Source: a virus (taxonomy: Duplodnaviria; Caudoviricetes). Taken from it: DNA of 64,000 bases. Positions 55,337 to 64,000 of the stretch are shown in pieces. The stretch covers positions 3,507 through 67,506 of the IMG/VR virus record IMGVR_UViG_2847686936_000003; one strand, given 5' to 3'. A program made the position numbers and the translations under genes. Below the pieces are notes generated by a model. It had not been told where the DNA came from. It worked only from the letters and a program-made list of their open reading frames with translations, and ran no database searches. Within the stretch, counting starts at the first letter, position 1. Each line of letters starts with the position of its first letter.

Positions 55337-56086
55337 ATGGAAGACACAGGCCCTCCCTATCCCAGGCCGCCGCCCGGGATACCGAACGGCTTTGGTCAGT
55401 TCTCCATTGGCGTCAGCCCGCTTGGCGACTATCCGCCGTTTGACGTCTGGCGCACGGTCATCAGCGAATATGCCAATGCCCCGACGCTGACGCGGCTGAT
55501 CGGCAACATCTTCGAATATCTCGACCAGACCGCCAACTTCGACGCGTTCTTCGACTACATCTGGGACGTCGACACGGCGCAGGGCTATGGGCTCGACGTC
55601 TGGGGCCGCATCGTCGGCGTCAATCGCATCCTGCAGGTCACGGCCGGCGACTGGTTCGGCTTCCAGGAGGCGAGCCCGGGCACTGATCCGTTCGGCAATG
55701 GCGCGTTCTATTCCGGCGCGCCGCTGACGTCGAACTTCGCGCTGTCGGACGAGGCTTACCGGCTCCTGATCCTGGCCAAGGCGGCGGCGAACATCACCAA
55801 TGGTTCGATCCCCGCGATCAACCAGATCCTGATGAGCCTATTCCCCAACAGGGGCAACGCCTACGTCACGGAAGGCGACAACCCGGGCACGTGGTTCGGC
55901 TTTGCTGAATCGCTGAACTGCGTCGGCTTCAACCAGGCATCGTTCTACGCGGGCTCGCTCATCGCGACGATGACGATGACCTACACCTTCACCTTCCAGC
56001 TCTCCTCCGTCGAACTCGCGATCGTCCAGAACTCCGGCGTCCTGCCGAAGCCGACTGGCGTCAAAGCATCGGTCGTCATCACCTAA
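55337..56086 (+). CDS. DUF2612 baseplate wedge protein
   Basis: SEYANAPTL...IWDVDTAQGYGLDVWGRIVG...LSDEAYR...LPKPTGV. Confidence 0.88.
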   Translation: MEDTGPPYPRPPPGIPNGFGQFSIGVSPLGDYPPFDVWRTVISEYANAPTLTRLIGNIFEYLDQTANFDAFFDYIWDVDTAQGYGLDVWGRIVGVNRILQVTAGDWFGFQEASPGTDPFGNGAFYSGAPLTSNFALSDEAYRLLILAKAAANITNGSIPAINQILMSLFPNRGNAYVTEGDNPGTWFGFAESLNCVGFNQASFYAGSLIATMTMTYTFTFQLSSVELAIVQNSGVLPKPTGVKASVVIT

Positions 56087-56096
56087 GGATCTCGCC

Positions 56097-57569
56097 ATGA
56101 AGATTTCAGCTCTGCCGACGAAATTCGCCGTTCCGTTCGGCGCGTCGGCAAGCCCCAGCTATATCCGCGCCATTCCGCTCGCCTCGCAAATCGGGATCGT
56201 GAATGGCGCGGCGTCCCTGACCGACGGCTTTCCGCCGCTCAACTTCCTGCCGGTTGGATCGGGCGGTGTGCCGCCTTTCGGCCAGGACATGAACGGCATT
56301 CTCAAGCAGATCACGCAGTGGTCGCAGTGGCAGAATGCGGGCGGTCTGGTCCCTTATGATGCAGCCTTCTCGACGGCGATCGGCGGCTATCCCTACGGTG
56401 CGGTCCTGGTCGGTGCGACGGCGGGCGTCGTCTGGCTCAGCACCGTCGACGACAACACGTCCGACCCCGATACGGGCGGCGCGAATTGGGTCAATATCGG
56501 CACCTCGTCCTACATCATGGTCGGTGTCGACTCCGGCTCGGCAAACGTCGTCACGGCCAACGTGCTTCCGGCGCCAAGCGCTTATGTCGACGGCCAGGTC
56601 TTCCTGATCCAGAAGTCGGCCTTCGACAACAACGGCGCGATGACGGGCAACATCGATGGGCTCGGCACCCATCCTATCGTCAACATGGACGGGACCCCTC
56701 TGACGGCCAAGCAATGGCCTGCGAGTGGCACCGGCATCCTCGGATTCAACAACGCGACGACGTCGTTTCGGCTGCTCAACCCGGCTGTCACCGTGGCCCC
56801 AAACGCGGGACTTTCCGCGACCGATCAGCAGGTTCTTTCGCTCAACATCCCGAGTTTGCCGTCACCCACCGGCGCGCTTTCCCTGGGCGACAGCCTTCCG
56901 CTACACGTGTTGTCGGACGGTGCGGACCGCGAGGTCACGCTCGCGGCGCTCGCCGCAGTGCTTCCTGGCGCGATGAAGGCCATGCGCGTCATCTCCGCCA
57001 GCGGAACCTACGTGCCGACGGCCGGTGCCAAAAGCATGCTCGCTTTCGCCACGGGCGGCGGTGGCGCAGGTGGCGGCAACGCCACGACGAACGGCTTCAC
57101 TGGTGGCGGCGGTAGCGCGGGCGGAACGGGTGTATATTTCGGCCCGGTCTCCCAGCAGACCGTCACCATCGGCGCCGGTGGCGTCCCCAATCCATCATCG
57201 GGTTCCGATCTCATCGGCGGTTCCGGAGGAACAACTTCTTTCGGCGTCCTTGCCGTCGCCACTGGTGGCTCTGGCGGTTCTTCCAGCGGCACCAACTCAT
57301 ACGGCGCGGGCGGCCAGTCGGTGGGTGTCGGAACCGCCGGTGCCCTTTTGCTCTCGGGCAATGGCGGCTCGCCTGGTTCGGGCCACGACGGCGGTGCCGG
57401 TGGCGGCTCGTTCTGGGGCGGTGGCGGCTACGGCGGCGCGACGCCTTCGACCGGCGTCGCAGTGCCCGGCGGTCCGGGCACTCTCGGCGGGGGTGGCGGC
57501 GGCGGCGACGGTGGCGGTGCGGGTGGTGCTGGCGGCCCTGGCGTTGTCGTCGTCTTCGAATTTGATTGA
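56097..57569 (+). CDS. tail fibre protein with glycine-rich C-terminal domain
   Basis: AASLTDGFPP...GGVPPFGQDMNGIL N-terminus; GGGGAGG...GGPGVVVVFE tail. Confidence 0.8.
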   Translation: MKISALPTKFAVPFGASASPSYIRAIPLASQIGIVNGAASLTDGFPPLNFLPVGSGGVPPFGQDMNGILKQITQWSQWQNAGGLVPYDAAFSTAIGGYPYGAVLVGATAGVVWLSTVDDNTSDPDTGGANWVNIGTSSYIMVGVDSGSANVVTANVLPAPSAYVDGQVFLIQKSAFDNNGAMTGNIDGLGTHPIVNMDGTPLTAKQWPASGTGILGFNNATTSFRLLNPAVTVAPNAGLSATDQQVLSLNIPSLPSPTGALSLGDSLPLHVLSDGADREVTLAALAAVLPGAMKAMRVISASGTYVPTAGAKSMLAFATGGGGAGGGNATTNGFTGGGGSAGGTGVYFGPVSQQTVTIGAGGVPNPSSGSDLIGGSGGTTSFGVLAVATGGSGGSSSGTNSYGAGGQSVGVGTAGALLLSGNGGSPGSGHDGGAGGGSFWGGGGYGGATPSTGVAVPGGPGTLGGGGGGGDGGGAGGAGGPGVVVVFEFD

Positions 57570-57580
57570 GGAAGCACTGA

Positions 57581-58039
57581 ATGATCCGCGTTGCACATCT
57601 CAGCACCGATCGCCGGTTTGTCATTTCCGTTTCGATCCAGGACGTCGATTGGGTCGCCGATCCTCTCTCGGTGGCGTCCGATACGGCAAACATCGGCGAT
57701 GCGTTCGACGGCGTGACCTTCACGCCGCCGGCGCCGCCGCCTCCAGCGGCCCTCACCAGCGCTCAATGGTCGGGCCTGGCGCAAAGCAAGCTGGAAGCCA
57801 CATACGATGGCAGGCGCGCCTCGCTGGCGTCCTACTACACGTTTCTCGAGCGCATTGAGCGTCAGGGTAGCCTGACGGACGATCAGAAGGCAGACCTCGC
57901 CGTTCTCGACGCGGCGCAGGTCTGGGAACAGGCCGTGCTCGATGCCGCCGCGAAGGCGGCGACGAAGGCCACCGACCCATCCTCTTTCGTGTGGCCGGCG
58001 ACGCCCAAAGGATTGACCGAGCTGATCGCTCTCTCGTGA
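57581..58039 (+). CDS. tail-fibre-associated protein
   Basis: ANIGDAFDGVTFTPP; follows the fibre gene. Confidence 0.65.
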   Translation: MIRVAHLSTDRRFVISVSIQDVDWVADPLSVASDTANIGDAFDGVTFTPPAPPPPAALTSAQWSGLAQSKLEATYDGRRASLASYYTFLERIERQGSLTDDQKADLAVLDAAQVWEQAVLDAAAKAATKATDPSSFVWPATPKGLTELIALS

Positions 58040-58082
58040 GCCGTCGGGCCGCTGCTCCTCACACACATTCGGATTTGTTCCC

Positions 58083-59834
58083 ATGATGCCGTTCACCTAT
58101 GGCTTCGTCCTGACGCCGGGCCAGTGGTCTCAGCTGTTCGCCCAAAAGCAGGATGCGCTTGGCTACACGCCGGTCAACCGCGCCGGCGACACGATGCTAG
58201 GCCCGCTCAACACGGTTCCGTCGACGTCGCTGCAGGCCGGCTTTAGCGTGCCGCCTGGCGCAACTCCCGGCCAGCCCGTCGACGGCAATATCTGGATGAC
58301 GATCTTCGGGCTCTACGCCCAGGTCGGCGGAAAGACGATAGGCCCGATCGGCAACGGAACGATTGTCGGGCCTTCGATCACGGTGATGGGCGACATTCCC
58401 GTCTTCTCCAACACCGGCGGCACCGCGCTTTCAGACAGCGGCGTTTCGCTTGGATCTCAAGCGGCCAACCTGGTGCTCGCCACACCTGGTGCTGCGGCTG
58501 GTGCCCCGGCGTTCCGGCATCTGGTGGGCGCTGATCTTCCGACGCCTCAGTCCTCGGCCCTGGGCGGCGTGAAATCCGCCGCGGCGCCGTCACATCAGTT
58601 CGGTACCGGCGTCGACACGAGCGGCAATCCGACCTTCGCGCAGCCGGCGATCAGCGACATCTCCGGATTGGCCGCCAACATGTTGGCCTTTCTTGCCGGC
58701 GGCACGAGCGCGCAGCTCGCCGCGGCGATGGTCGACGAGACCGGCAGCGGTCCGCTTGTCTTCGCAACGAGCCCGACCGTTGCCCTCGGCTCGGCCTCGA
58801 CCGCCGTCACGCAGACGCCCGGCGACAACTCGACCAAGGTGGCAACAACCGCCTATGTGCAGGCCGCGATCTTCGCCACCACGACACTGCCGGCTTGCAG
58901 GCTGGCCACGACCGCCGCTCTTCCGACTGCCACCTATGCGAATGGCGCTTCCGGCGTCGGCGCCACGCTTACGGCCTCTGCCAACGGTGCTTTGACGGTC
59001 GACGGCGTAGCCGCGAACCTCAATGACGTGATCCTGGTCAAGAACCAGGTCCCGACGTTCCAGAACGGCATCTACACGGTCACGGCGACGGGCAGCGCCG
59101 GCGCGCCCTTCGTCCTGACGCGTGCGACCTATTACAATCTCAGCGCTGAAATCGACCTTGGCGACCAGACCTTCGTGACGGGTGGGTCGACGCTCGGCGC
59201 TACGACCTTTGTGCAGAACGGCAAGGAAAATCCGGTCATCGGCACCGATCCGATCACGTTTGCCCAAACGGCGGGCGTCGGTGCGTACACAGCCGGCAAC
59301 GGTCTTGTCCTCGCGGGCACGCAGTTCGCGATCGACACTACGATCGCCGCTGACCTGACCTCGGCGCAGACGCTCTCCAATAAGACGCTGGTGACCCCGG
59401 CGCTGACCGGCGTGCCGACCGCGCCGACCGCCACCGGCGGCACGAACTCGACGCAGATCGCAACGACCGCCTTTGTAGCGGCGGCGCTCGCCGCTGGCCA
59501 ACTTCAGAAGTTCTACGAGAGCCCGCAGCAGACGATTACCGTTGGCGGCACCCTGACCCTTGCGCATGGTCTCGGAGCCAAGCCGAAGGAATACGACGTT
59601 TTTCTTGTCTGCCAGACGGCGGAGTTTGGCTACAGCATCGGCCAGGAGATCAAGGAGTCCATGGGCCTCACGACTTCAAACCTGGGCGTGACCATCGTAC
59701 CCGACGCCGCCAACATGAATGTCAAGTTCGGCAGCAGCAGCCCGCCCGTCTTCTCCGCGCTCAACTTCAGCACGGGTGCGTCGGTCAGCCTGACAAACGC
59801 CAACTGGAAGATGGTCGTGAGAGCCTGGCTGTAA
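58083..59834 (+). CDS. second tail fibre / receptor-binding protein
   Basis: ALGYTPVNRAGDTM; repeated TAPTA...NST.IATTAFV; C-terminal LAHGLG.KP...LVC.TAE.GYS. Confidence 0.75.
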   Translation: MMPFTYGFVLTPGQWSQLFAQKQDALGYTPVNRAGDTMLGPLNTVPSTSLQAGFSVPPGATPGQPVDGNIWMTIFGLYAQVGGKTIGPIGNGTIVGPSITVMGDIPVFSNTGGTALSDSGVSLGSQAANLVLATPGAAAGAPAFRHLVGADLPTPQSSALGGVKSAAAPSHQFGTGVDTSGNPTFAQPAISDISGLAANMLAFLAGGTSAQLAAAMVDETGSGPLVFATSPTVALGSASTAVTQTPGDNSTKVATTAYVQAAIFATTTLPACRLATTAALPTATYANGASGVGATLTASANGALTVDGVAANLNDVILVKNQVPTFQNGIYTVTATGSAGAPFVLTRATYYNLSAEIDLGDQTFVTGGSTLGATTFVQNGKENPVIGTDPITFAQTAGVGAYTAGNGLVLAGTQFAIDTTIAADLTSAQTLSNKTLVTPALTGVPTAPTATGGTNSTQIATTAFVAAALAAGQLQKFYESPQQTITVGGTLTLAHGLGAKPKEYDVFLVCQTAEFGYSIGQEIKESMGLTTSNLGVTIVPDAANMNVKFGSSSPPVFSALNFSTGASVSLTNANWKMVVRAWL

Positions 59835-59840
59835 CGAGTG

Positions 59841-59933
59841 CTATCCCATAAGATACCACTTAGTGAATTGAAGTACCGATACCCAGCCGAGCACGAAGCC
59901 GAAGATAAACCCGAAGTAAAACAAGGAAATCAC
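59841..59933 (-). CDS. 30-aa single-TM peptide (below the ORF-track cutoff)
   Basis: GTG start; MISLFYFGFIFGFVLGWVSVLQFTKWYLMG. Confidence 0.4.
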   Translation of the reverse strand: MISLFYFGFIFGFVLGWVSVLQFTKWYLMG

Positions 59934-59936
59934 ACT

Positions 59937-60032
59937 TCAATCTTCGAAAGGCCGCGTGCCGTGATAGTAGGCGATGGCTATCGGGGCGGCCATCCCGAGC
60001 ACAAAACCGAGACCAAGACCATACAAGAACAT
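59937..60032 (-). CDS. 31-aa single-TM peptide (below the ORF-track cutoff)
   Basis: MFLYGLGLGFVLGMAAPIAIAYYHGTRPFED; shares GFVLG with the neighbouring peptide. Confidence 0.45.
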   Translation of the reverse strand: MFLYGLGLGFVLGMAAPIAIAYYHGTRPFED

Positions 60033-60086
60033 CGGAAATTCCACTCACCACCACTGACCAACCGTCTCATACACTAGGACGCGAAT

Positions 60087-60464
60087 ATGACAAAATACTT
60101 TGTGGACGCCGTCGGCGTTTATTTGGGCGGCTTTGATGGTGTAGAGCCGCCGGCCGGTGCTGTCGAGGTGCCAACGGCCCCTGACGACGCGCGCCAGGTC
60201 TGGGCCAGCGGCGCTTGGAGCCCCGCGCCCACGCTCGTCCCGACAAGCGTGTCAGCGCGGCAGTTCAAACTTCAACTTCTCGCCGCTGGCTTGCTCAGCC
60301 AGGTGGAGACCTGGGTGGGTTCGCAGAGCCAGGCCGTCCAGATCGCCTATGCGAATAGCGGCTCGTTCGTTCGTTCCGAGCCCATGATGCAGAGCGGTTT
60401 CACCGCGCTTGATTTCTCCGACGCGCAGATCGACGCGTTCTTCACGGCCGCCGCGCTGCTCTGA
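60087..60464 (+). CDS. tail fibre assembly-like protein
   Basis: KYFVD..GVYLGGF...VEVPTAP.DARQVW; VSARQFKLQL...GFT...IDAFF.AA. Confidence 0.7.
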   Translation: MTKYFVDAVGVYLGGFDGVEPPAGAVEVPTAPDDARQVWASGAWSPAPTLVPTSVSARQFKLQLLAAGLLSQVETWVGSQSQAVQIAYANSGSFVRSEPMMQSGFTALDFSDAQIDAFFTAAALL

Positions 60465-60549
60465 CCGTGAGCCGGCCCACCCAGAGTGGGTCCGACAATC
60501 CCTGATCCTCATTCCGAAAAACTGCCCTCTCGGGCGGAAAGGAACTGTA

Positions 60550-61317
60550 ATGCGTCTCGTCCCTGACGTGCGCCGCGTGGTGCTGTTGTCTCTGAGCTTC
60601 TGGATGCAGGTGTTCGGCCTCGCCGTGCTCATCTTGCCGGAGCTTTGGTATGGCTGGACCGGCCAGGACTATGATCCGAATGTCGCGTGGTGGCTCGCTG
60701 TCGGCCTTCTGCTTGCCGGCATCATTGGCCGCGTTTTCCAGCAGGGGATTTCCCCCTGGAAGGAATGGCTGCGCATCGCCGCCGTGGCAGCTATCGTCTT
60801 TGCGCTGGCGCTTCTGCTCGCTTGGCCGTCCAGCGCCGCGACCCTTCCAGATGGTCCGGCCACCGAGGCGCAGACGCTGGCGATCGCGGTGCCGTTCATC
60901 GCCAAGGAAGAGGGCAAGCGCAACCACGCCTATCGCGATGCCGTCGGCAAATGGACGATCTGCTCTGGCTCCACGCGCGGCGTCCACGCCAACATGATGC
61001 TGACCGATGAGCAATGCCTCGACCTTCTCAAGGTCGAGGTGGCAGAACACCGCACCGCGCTGCACCGCTATTTCACCCTCGAGACGATCAACGTCCGCCT
61101 GCCTGCAACGCGTGATGCGGCCTACACTTCGCTGGCCTACAACGTCGGCCCCGCCGGGGCAGGCAAGAGCACTGCAACGCGCCGCCTCAACGCCGGCGAT
61201 GTCGCCGGCGGCTGCCAAGCCCTGACCTGGTTCGACAGGGCCGGCCGTAGAATCCTGCGCGGCCTCTTCGAACGTCGCAAGCGTGAAAAGGCGCTGTGCA
61301 TGGTGGGCCAACAGTGA
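60550..61317 (+). CDS. endolysin (GH24 lysozyme) with N-terminal holin-like transmembrane region
   Basis: KEEG...AYRDAVGKWTICSGST catalytic E-D-T region; YNVG...RR..E..LC; three hydrophobic segments in the first ~95 aa. Confidence 0.88.
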   Translation: MRLVPDVRRVVLLSLSFWMQVFGLAVLILPELWYGWTGQDYDPNVAWWLAVGLLLAGIIGRVFQQGISPWKEWLRIAAVAAIVFALALLLAWPSSAATLPDGPATEAQTLAIAVPFIAKEEGKRNHAYRDAVGKWTICSGSTRGVHANMMLTDEQCLDLLKVEVAEHRTALHRYFTLETINVRLPATRDAAYTSLAYNVGPAGAGKSTATRRLNAGDVAGGCQALTWFDRAGRRILRGLFERRKREKALCMVGQQ

Positions 61318-61787
61318 ACCCGCTTTCCGCTATCCCATATCTCGGGCCGTTCCTCGTCTTCGCGACGTCGCGCTTTGGCCTGCCGATCATCGTCGCCGGC
61401 GGCATCATCTTCTTCTACGAAGGCGTGCCGATTGGGCCGCTCCGCGACATCCCCTACGTCGGTCCGGCCCTGGCCGGCTTGGTCGACGGCCGCGTCGATC
61501 GACAATATGCCGCCGGCCAAAAGGCGGAGGACGCGCTGTGGCAGGAGAAGATCAAGCTCGCCGCCATCGCTCAGGCGGCCGACAACAAGACGCGGCAGCA
61601 GGACATCGATGCCGCGGCACAAGCCTACATTGACAAGCAGCATAGCGACGCCGGCCGCATCGCCGAGCTGGTGCGCGCGCAGAAGGACCAAGACAATGCA
61701 CCGCCCGCTTCGACCGATCCTTCTGGCTGCAAGCCTGATGGCATCTCTGCAGGGGTGTCAGAGCGCCTCGACGCCATCGGTCGATAG
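61314..61787 (+). CDS. inner-membrane spanin (Rz-like)
   Basis: N-terminal TM plus coiled coil; overlaps a lipoprotein gene. Confidence 0.7.
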   Translation: MNPLSAIPYLGPFLVFATSRFGLPIIVAGGIIFFYEGVPIGPLRDIPYVGPALAGLVDGRVDRQYAAGQKAEDALWQEKIKLAAIAQAADNKTRQQDIDAAAQAYIDKQHSDAGRIAELVRAQKDQDNAPPASTDPSGCKPDGISAGVSERLDAIGR

Positions 61788-61980
61788 CCTGGTGCCGAAG
61801 CCGACAGCACACGTCGACCCAAGCGTGATGCAAGATTGCCTCGGCGTGGTCGATATCCCCCATCGCTTCGTCTCGACGGAGGAGGAGACCCGGCTGCACG
61901 CGGAAGATCGCCGCCGTCTTGGGGACTGCGTTCGCCTCAACCACGCCAAGGGCGATACCATCCAGGCGCTCGTGAAATGA
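61696..61980 (+). CDS. outer-membrane spanin (Rz1-like lipoprotein)
   Basis: ILLAASLMASLQGC lipobox; overlaps the Rz-like gene in another frame. Confidence 0.75.
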   Translation: MHRPLRPILLAASLMASLQGCQSASTPSVDSLVPKPTAHVDPSVMQDCLGVVDIPHRFVSTEEETRLHAEDRRRLGDCVRLNHAKGDTIQALVK

Positions 61981-62285
61981 GCGGAGGGTTCCCCCAGCGG
62001 CTTCGGGAACTCGACCCGGAAACGATCCTCTGGCTCGATCGCCTCGACAGCAAGCAGCGTGAGGCCCTTATCTGGGCAGGCCGGCTGGATCTTCTGCGGC
62101 GCGAACGGCTCGATAAATTCCTCGATCTGGATGAGGACCATTTCGAAGCTGGGTTCGCCGTCGTGCAACTCTGGACGCGGTTGCGCTGGCTGGGCTCTAC
62201 ATCGATGTGGATCATTTTGACGGTTGCGGGGTTGTTACTGGCACTGACGCAGATAGTCGACCAGCTGAAAGGACCGAAGCCGTGA
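61977..62285 (+). CDS. membrane protein, possible holin/antiholin
   Basis: C-terminal TM WIILTVAGLLLAL; ATGA coupling. Confidence 0.55.
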   Translation: MSGGFPQRLRELDPETILWLDRLDSKQREALIWAGRLDLLRRERLDKFLDLDEDHFEAGFAVVQLWTRLRWLGSTSMWIILTVAGLLLALTQIVDQLKGPKP

Positions 62286-62392
62286 GGCTGCCGCGCACCG
62301 CTTCCGAAGTTCTGACCGGTCTGATTTTCCTCTTGGCCGGGGCTCTCGGGGTGCTGCTCTACTTGCAGATAGCACAGGCGCTCACCCTGTAA
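62282..62392 (+). CDS. small membrane peptide
   Basis: GTG start overlapping the previous stop; VLTGLIFLLAGALGVLLYL. Confidence 0.45.
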   Translation: MRLPRTASEVLTGLIFLLAGALGVLLYLQIAQALTL

Positions 62393-62415
62393 CTCCTGCT
62401 CATCACATCCAGTCT

Positions 62416-62447
62416 CCCCACCGGCTTCGGCCGGTGGGGCTTTTTTT
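62416..62447 (+). terminator. rho-independent terminator of the late operon
   Basis: ccccaccggc-ttcg-gccggtgggg followed by a T7 tract. Confidence 0.9.
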
Positions 62448-62529
62448 GCGTTCTCGACGCCTCGGTCGGAACGATTCGAGCGGGAGCAGATTGACTCGCC
62501 GTGTTGCGTCACGAGTTCCACGTATAACC

Positions 62530-62757
62530 ATGGACAGTTCCGTCTCCAGCCAAAATGCAAAGCGTGCGGCAGTCCGCAAAGCGCTCGACCGCCACAAGGT
62601 CTACATCACCGCGCAGCGCTTCTCAGGTGGCTCCTACGAAGCTCGGGTGCTGGTCGACGGCGAGGTCTATTGGGTGGACGAATTGCGGCTGAGCCAGTTG
62701 AGGGCGGGGATATCGCCGTCGGAACTTGAATTGATACCGGCTGGTGACGAGGGCTGA
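62530..62757 (+). CDS. small rhizobial hypothetical protein
   Basis: AVRKALDRHKVYITAQRFSGGSYEARVLVDGEVYWVDE. Confidence 0.7.
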   Translation: MDSSVSSQNAKRAAVRKALDRHKVYITAQRFSGGSYEARVLVDGEVYWVDELRLSQLRAGISPSELELIPAGDEG

Positions 62758-62996
62758 ACGCCGCGCCTACGACTTGATGCTCTGCGCGGGCGGCTTCGCG
62801 ACATCACCAATCGAGAGACGCTGCACACGATGGCCCGGGAAAGCGCCTCGGCCTCAGCGAACAACTCCGGGCCGTAATGGCCGTTCACCTCATCCTCGCT
62901 CATCAGCACGCCGGGTGGGCAATGCTCCTCGATGGTCGCCCGGATCATTTGGAGGGCGGCGCGGCAGTCCGGATCGTTCTTCCGGCTGTTGATCAT
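62667..62996 (-). CDS. small rhizobial hypothetical protein
   Basis: ALQMIRATIEEHCPPGVLMSED...EAEALSRAI. Confidence 0.55.
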   Translation of the reverse strand: MINSRKNDPDCRAALQMIRATIEEHCPPGVLMSEDEVNGHYGPELFAEAEALSRAIVCSVSRLVMSRSRPRRASSRRRGVQPSSPAGINSSSDGDIPALNWLSRNSSTQ

Positions 62997-63211
62997 TTCG
63001 AGAAATCCCGTGCCACGGGCTCGGCCAAACTGAACTCGAAGACGGCGTTCTCTTGCTCGTCGACCACCCTGAACCAGTGCTGCTGCAAAGCTCTCGGTGA
63101 GATTGGAGCGCCAGCTATGCGCTCGGCCGCCTTTATTGGCTCGTCGACATCCACCGTTTGAGCAGACAGCACCTCTTCGCCGTAAAGCTCCTCAACCTGG
63201 TAGCGAGGCAT
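62993..63211 (-). CDS. small rhizobial hypothetical protein
   Basis: MPRYQVEEL...HWFRVVDE. Confidence 0.65.
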   Translation of the reverse strand: MPRYQVEELYGEEVLSAQTVDVDEPIKAAERIAGAPISPRALQQHWFRVVDEQENAVFEFSLAEPVARDFSK

Positions 63212-63216
63212 CCATG

Positions 63217-63405
63217 TCACCCCCGGCCGAGGGCCTTCGCTTCGCACTCTAATGTTGCGCGGTCGTTGCCGTGCTTTCGGATCAGCTCGCGCACCTGCTG
63301 CGGCGTCGGCCCGACCTTCTGGGCGAAATACTCCACCTCATAGTCTTCGTCGGCCGAAACCCGATCGCAGTCGCGGAAGTCACGCTTGCTCTTGTCGTCT
63401 GCCAT
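63217..63405 (-). CDS. DUF3606-like protein
   Basis: MADDKSKRDFRD.DRVSADEDYEVEYFAQK.G.TPQQVRELI.KHGN. Confidence 0.8.
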   Translation of the reverse strand: MADDKSKRDFRDCDRVSADEDYEVEYFAQKVGPTPQQVRELIRKHGNDRATLECEAKALGRG

Positions 63406-63505
63406 ATTGGGATCCTCCTGAGTGGAGAAACACCGCCGTTGCAGCCTTGTTCCAGCTCTTAGCGGCGGATCGCGGAACATCTCGAACGCGCGGCCGTTGC
63501 CCCTG

Positions 63506-63754
63506 ATGACGCTTTCCGACGATATCCGCATGGTCCGAGGGCATGTCCGGCTGGGTAGACACCACCTCGCGCAGCAGCGCGAGCGCATAGCCCAACTGGA
63601 TCGGGACGGATTGCCGACTGAGGACGCCCTCGAGTTCTTTGCGCTTCTGGAAAGCATGCAAGAGCTTCACGAACGGCATCTGTCTCGGCTGCTAGCAAAG
63701 GCTGCAGATCGAGCCTTGAACGCACCGGTCCGTGCCGCTGGCTCGGGAACATAG
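63506..63754 (+). CDS. small hypothetical protein
   Basis: HVRLGRHHLAQQRERIAQL...ALEFFALLESMQ. Confidence 0.65.
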   Translation: MTLSDDIRMVRGHVRLGRHHLAQQRERIAQLDRDGLPTEDALEFFALLESMQELHERHLSRLLAKAADRALNAPVRAAGSGT

Positions 63755-63778
63755 TCGACTCTGCGCGATTCATGCTCC

Positions 63779-64000
63779 ATGAGCACACGCGGCATCAACT
63801 TCGTCGACCGATGGATGGCAGAGCACCTGCCGAACGCGATGACTGACGATCCAGTTGCAATAAGCGACCTGGCTGACGAATTGATGAAAGCGGCCGAGCG
63901 CGAAGGCATCTCGGCTGCCGAGATCAACGAGGAAGTCGACAGCGTCTTCGAAGTGATCTTCGAAGCGATGGAGCACCGCGAAGGAAGCTTGGCGGCGTAG
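63779..64000 (+). CDS. DUF768-like protein
   Basis: MSTRGINFVDRWMAEHL...LADELMKAAEREGIS..EINEE. Confidence 0.8.
   Translation: MSTRGINFVDRWMAEHLPNAMTDDPVAISDLADELMKAAEREGISAAEINEEVDSVFEVIFEAMEHREGSLAA

Larger units (their letters stand above)
1..62450. mobile_element. Temperate contractile-tailed (myovirus-type) prophage; left end lies outside the window, right end uncertain
   Basis: Canonical order: early left operon, CI/Cro, replication, terminase, portal, capsid, sheath, tube, tape measure, baseplate, fibres, lysis, then a strong terminator at 62416-62447. Confidence 0.95.

Noticed and set aside
56097-59834. Diversity-generating retroelement or invertase-based fibre switching
   Set aside because: No reverse transcriptase, no template/variable repeat pair and no invertase seen; fibre repeats are ordinary short motifs

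Overview
GC-rich alphaproteobacterial DNA. The host is probably Mesorhizobium-like, inferred from the small DUF768/DUF3606-type genes at the right end. Almost the whole window (<1 to ~62,450) is a temperate contractile-tailed prophage; no integrase or att site is visible. Gene order: leftward early/recombination operon (1-5287); CI/Cro switch (5611-6540); rightward replication and DNA-modification genes (6770-12755); a ~12 kb mostly leftward accessory block (12863-25139); methyltransferase-GNAT + ParB genes, then packaging and head genes (25240-37849); neck, tail and baseplate (40981-60464); lysis (60550-62392). Several morons interrupt the structural operons. Most notable observations: (i) an intact single-motif LAGLIDADG endonuclease gene nested in an alternative frame on the same strand inside a ParB gene whose own frame stays open across the whole insertion; (ii) a repeated start-associated leader CCCTACCAC(G)GAG in front of about ten accessory genes; (iii) a dispersed GTAACC-N5-GGTTAC operator whose flank doubles as the -35 box of several leftward promoters; (iv) a NUDIX + Zn-ribbon module fused in front of the DUF2213 head protein; (v) four predicted adenine methyltransferases plus GNAT/Mom-like domains; (vi) an ankyrin-cytochrome c fusion moron. 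At least six genes carry single-base indels at short homopolymers, most likely assembly errors. All family assignments come from motif recognition by eye, not from database searches.
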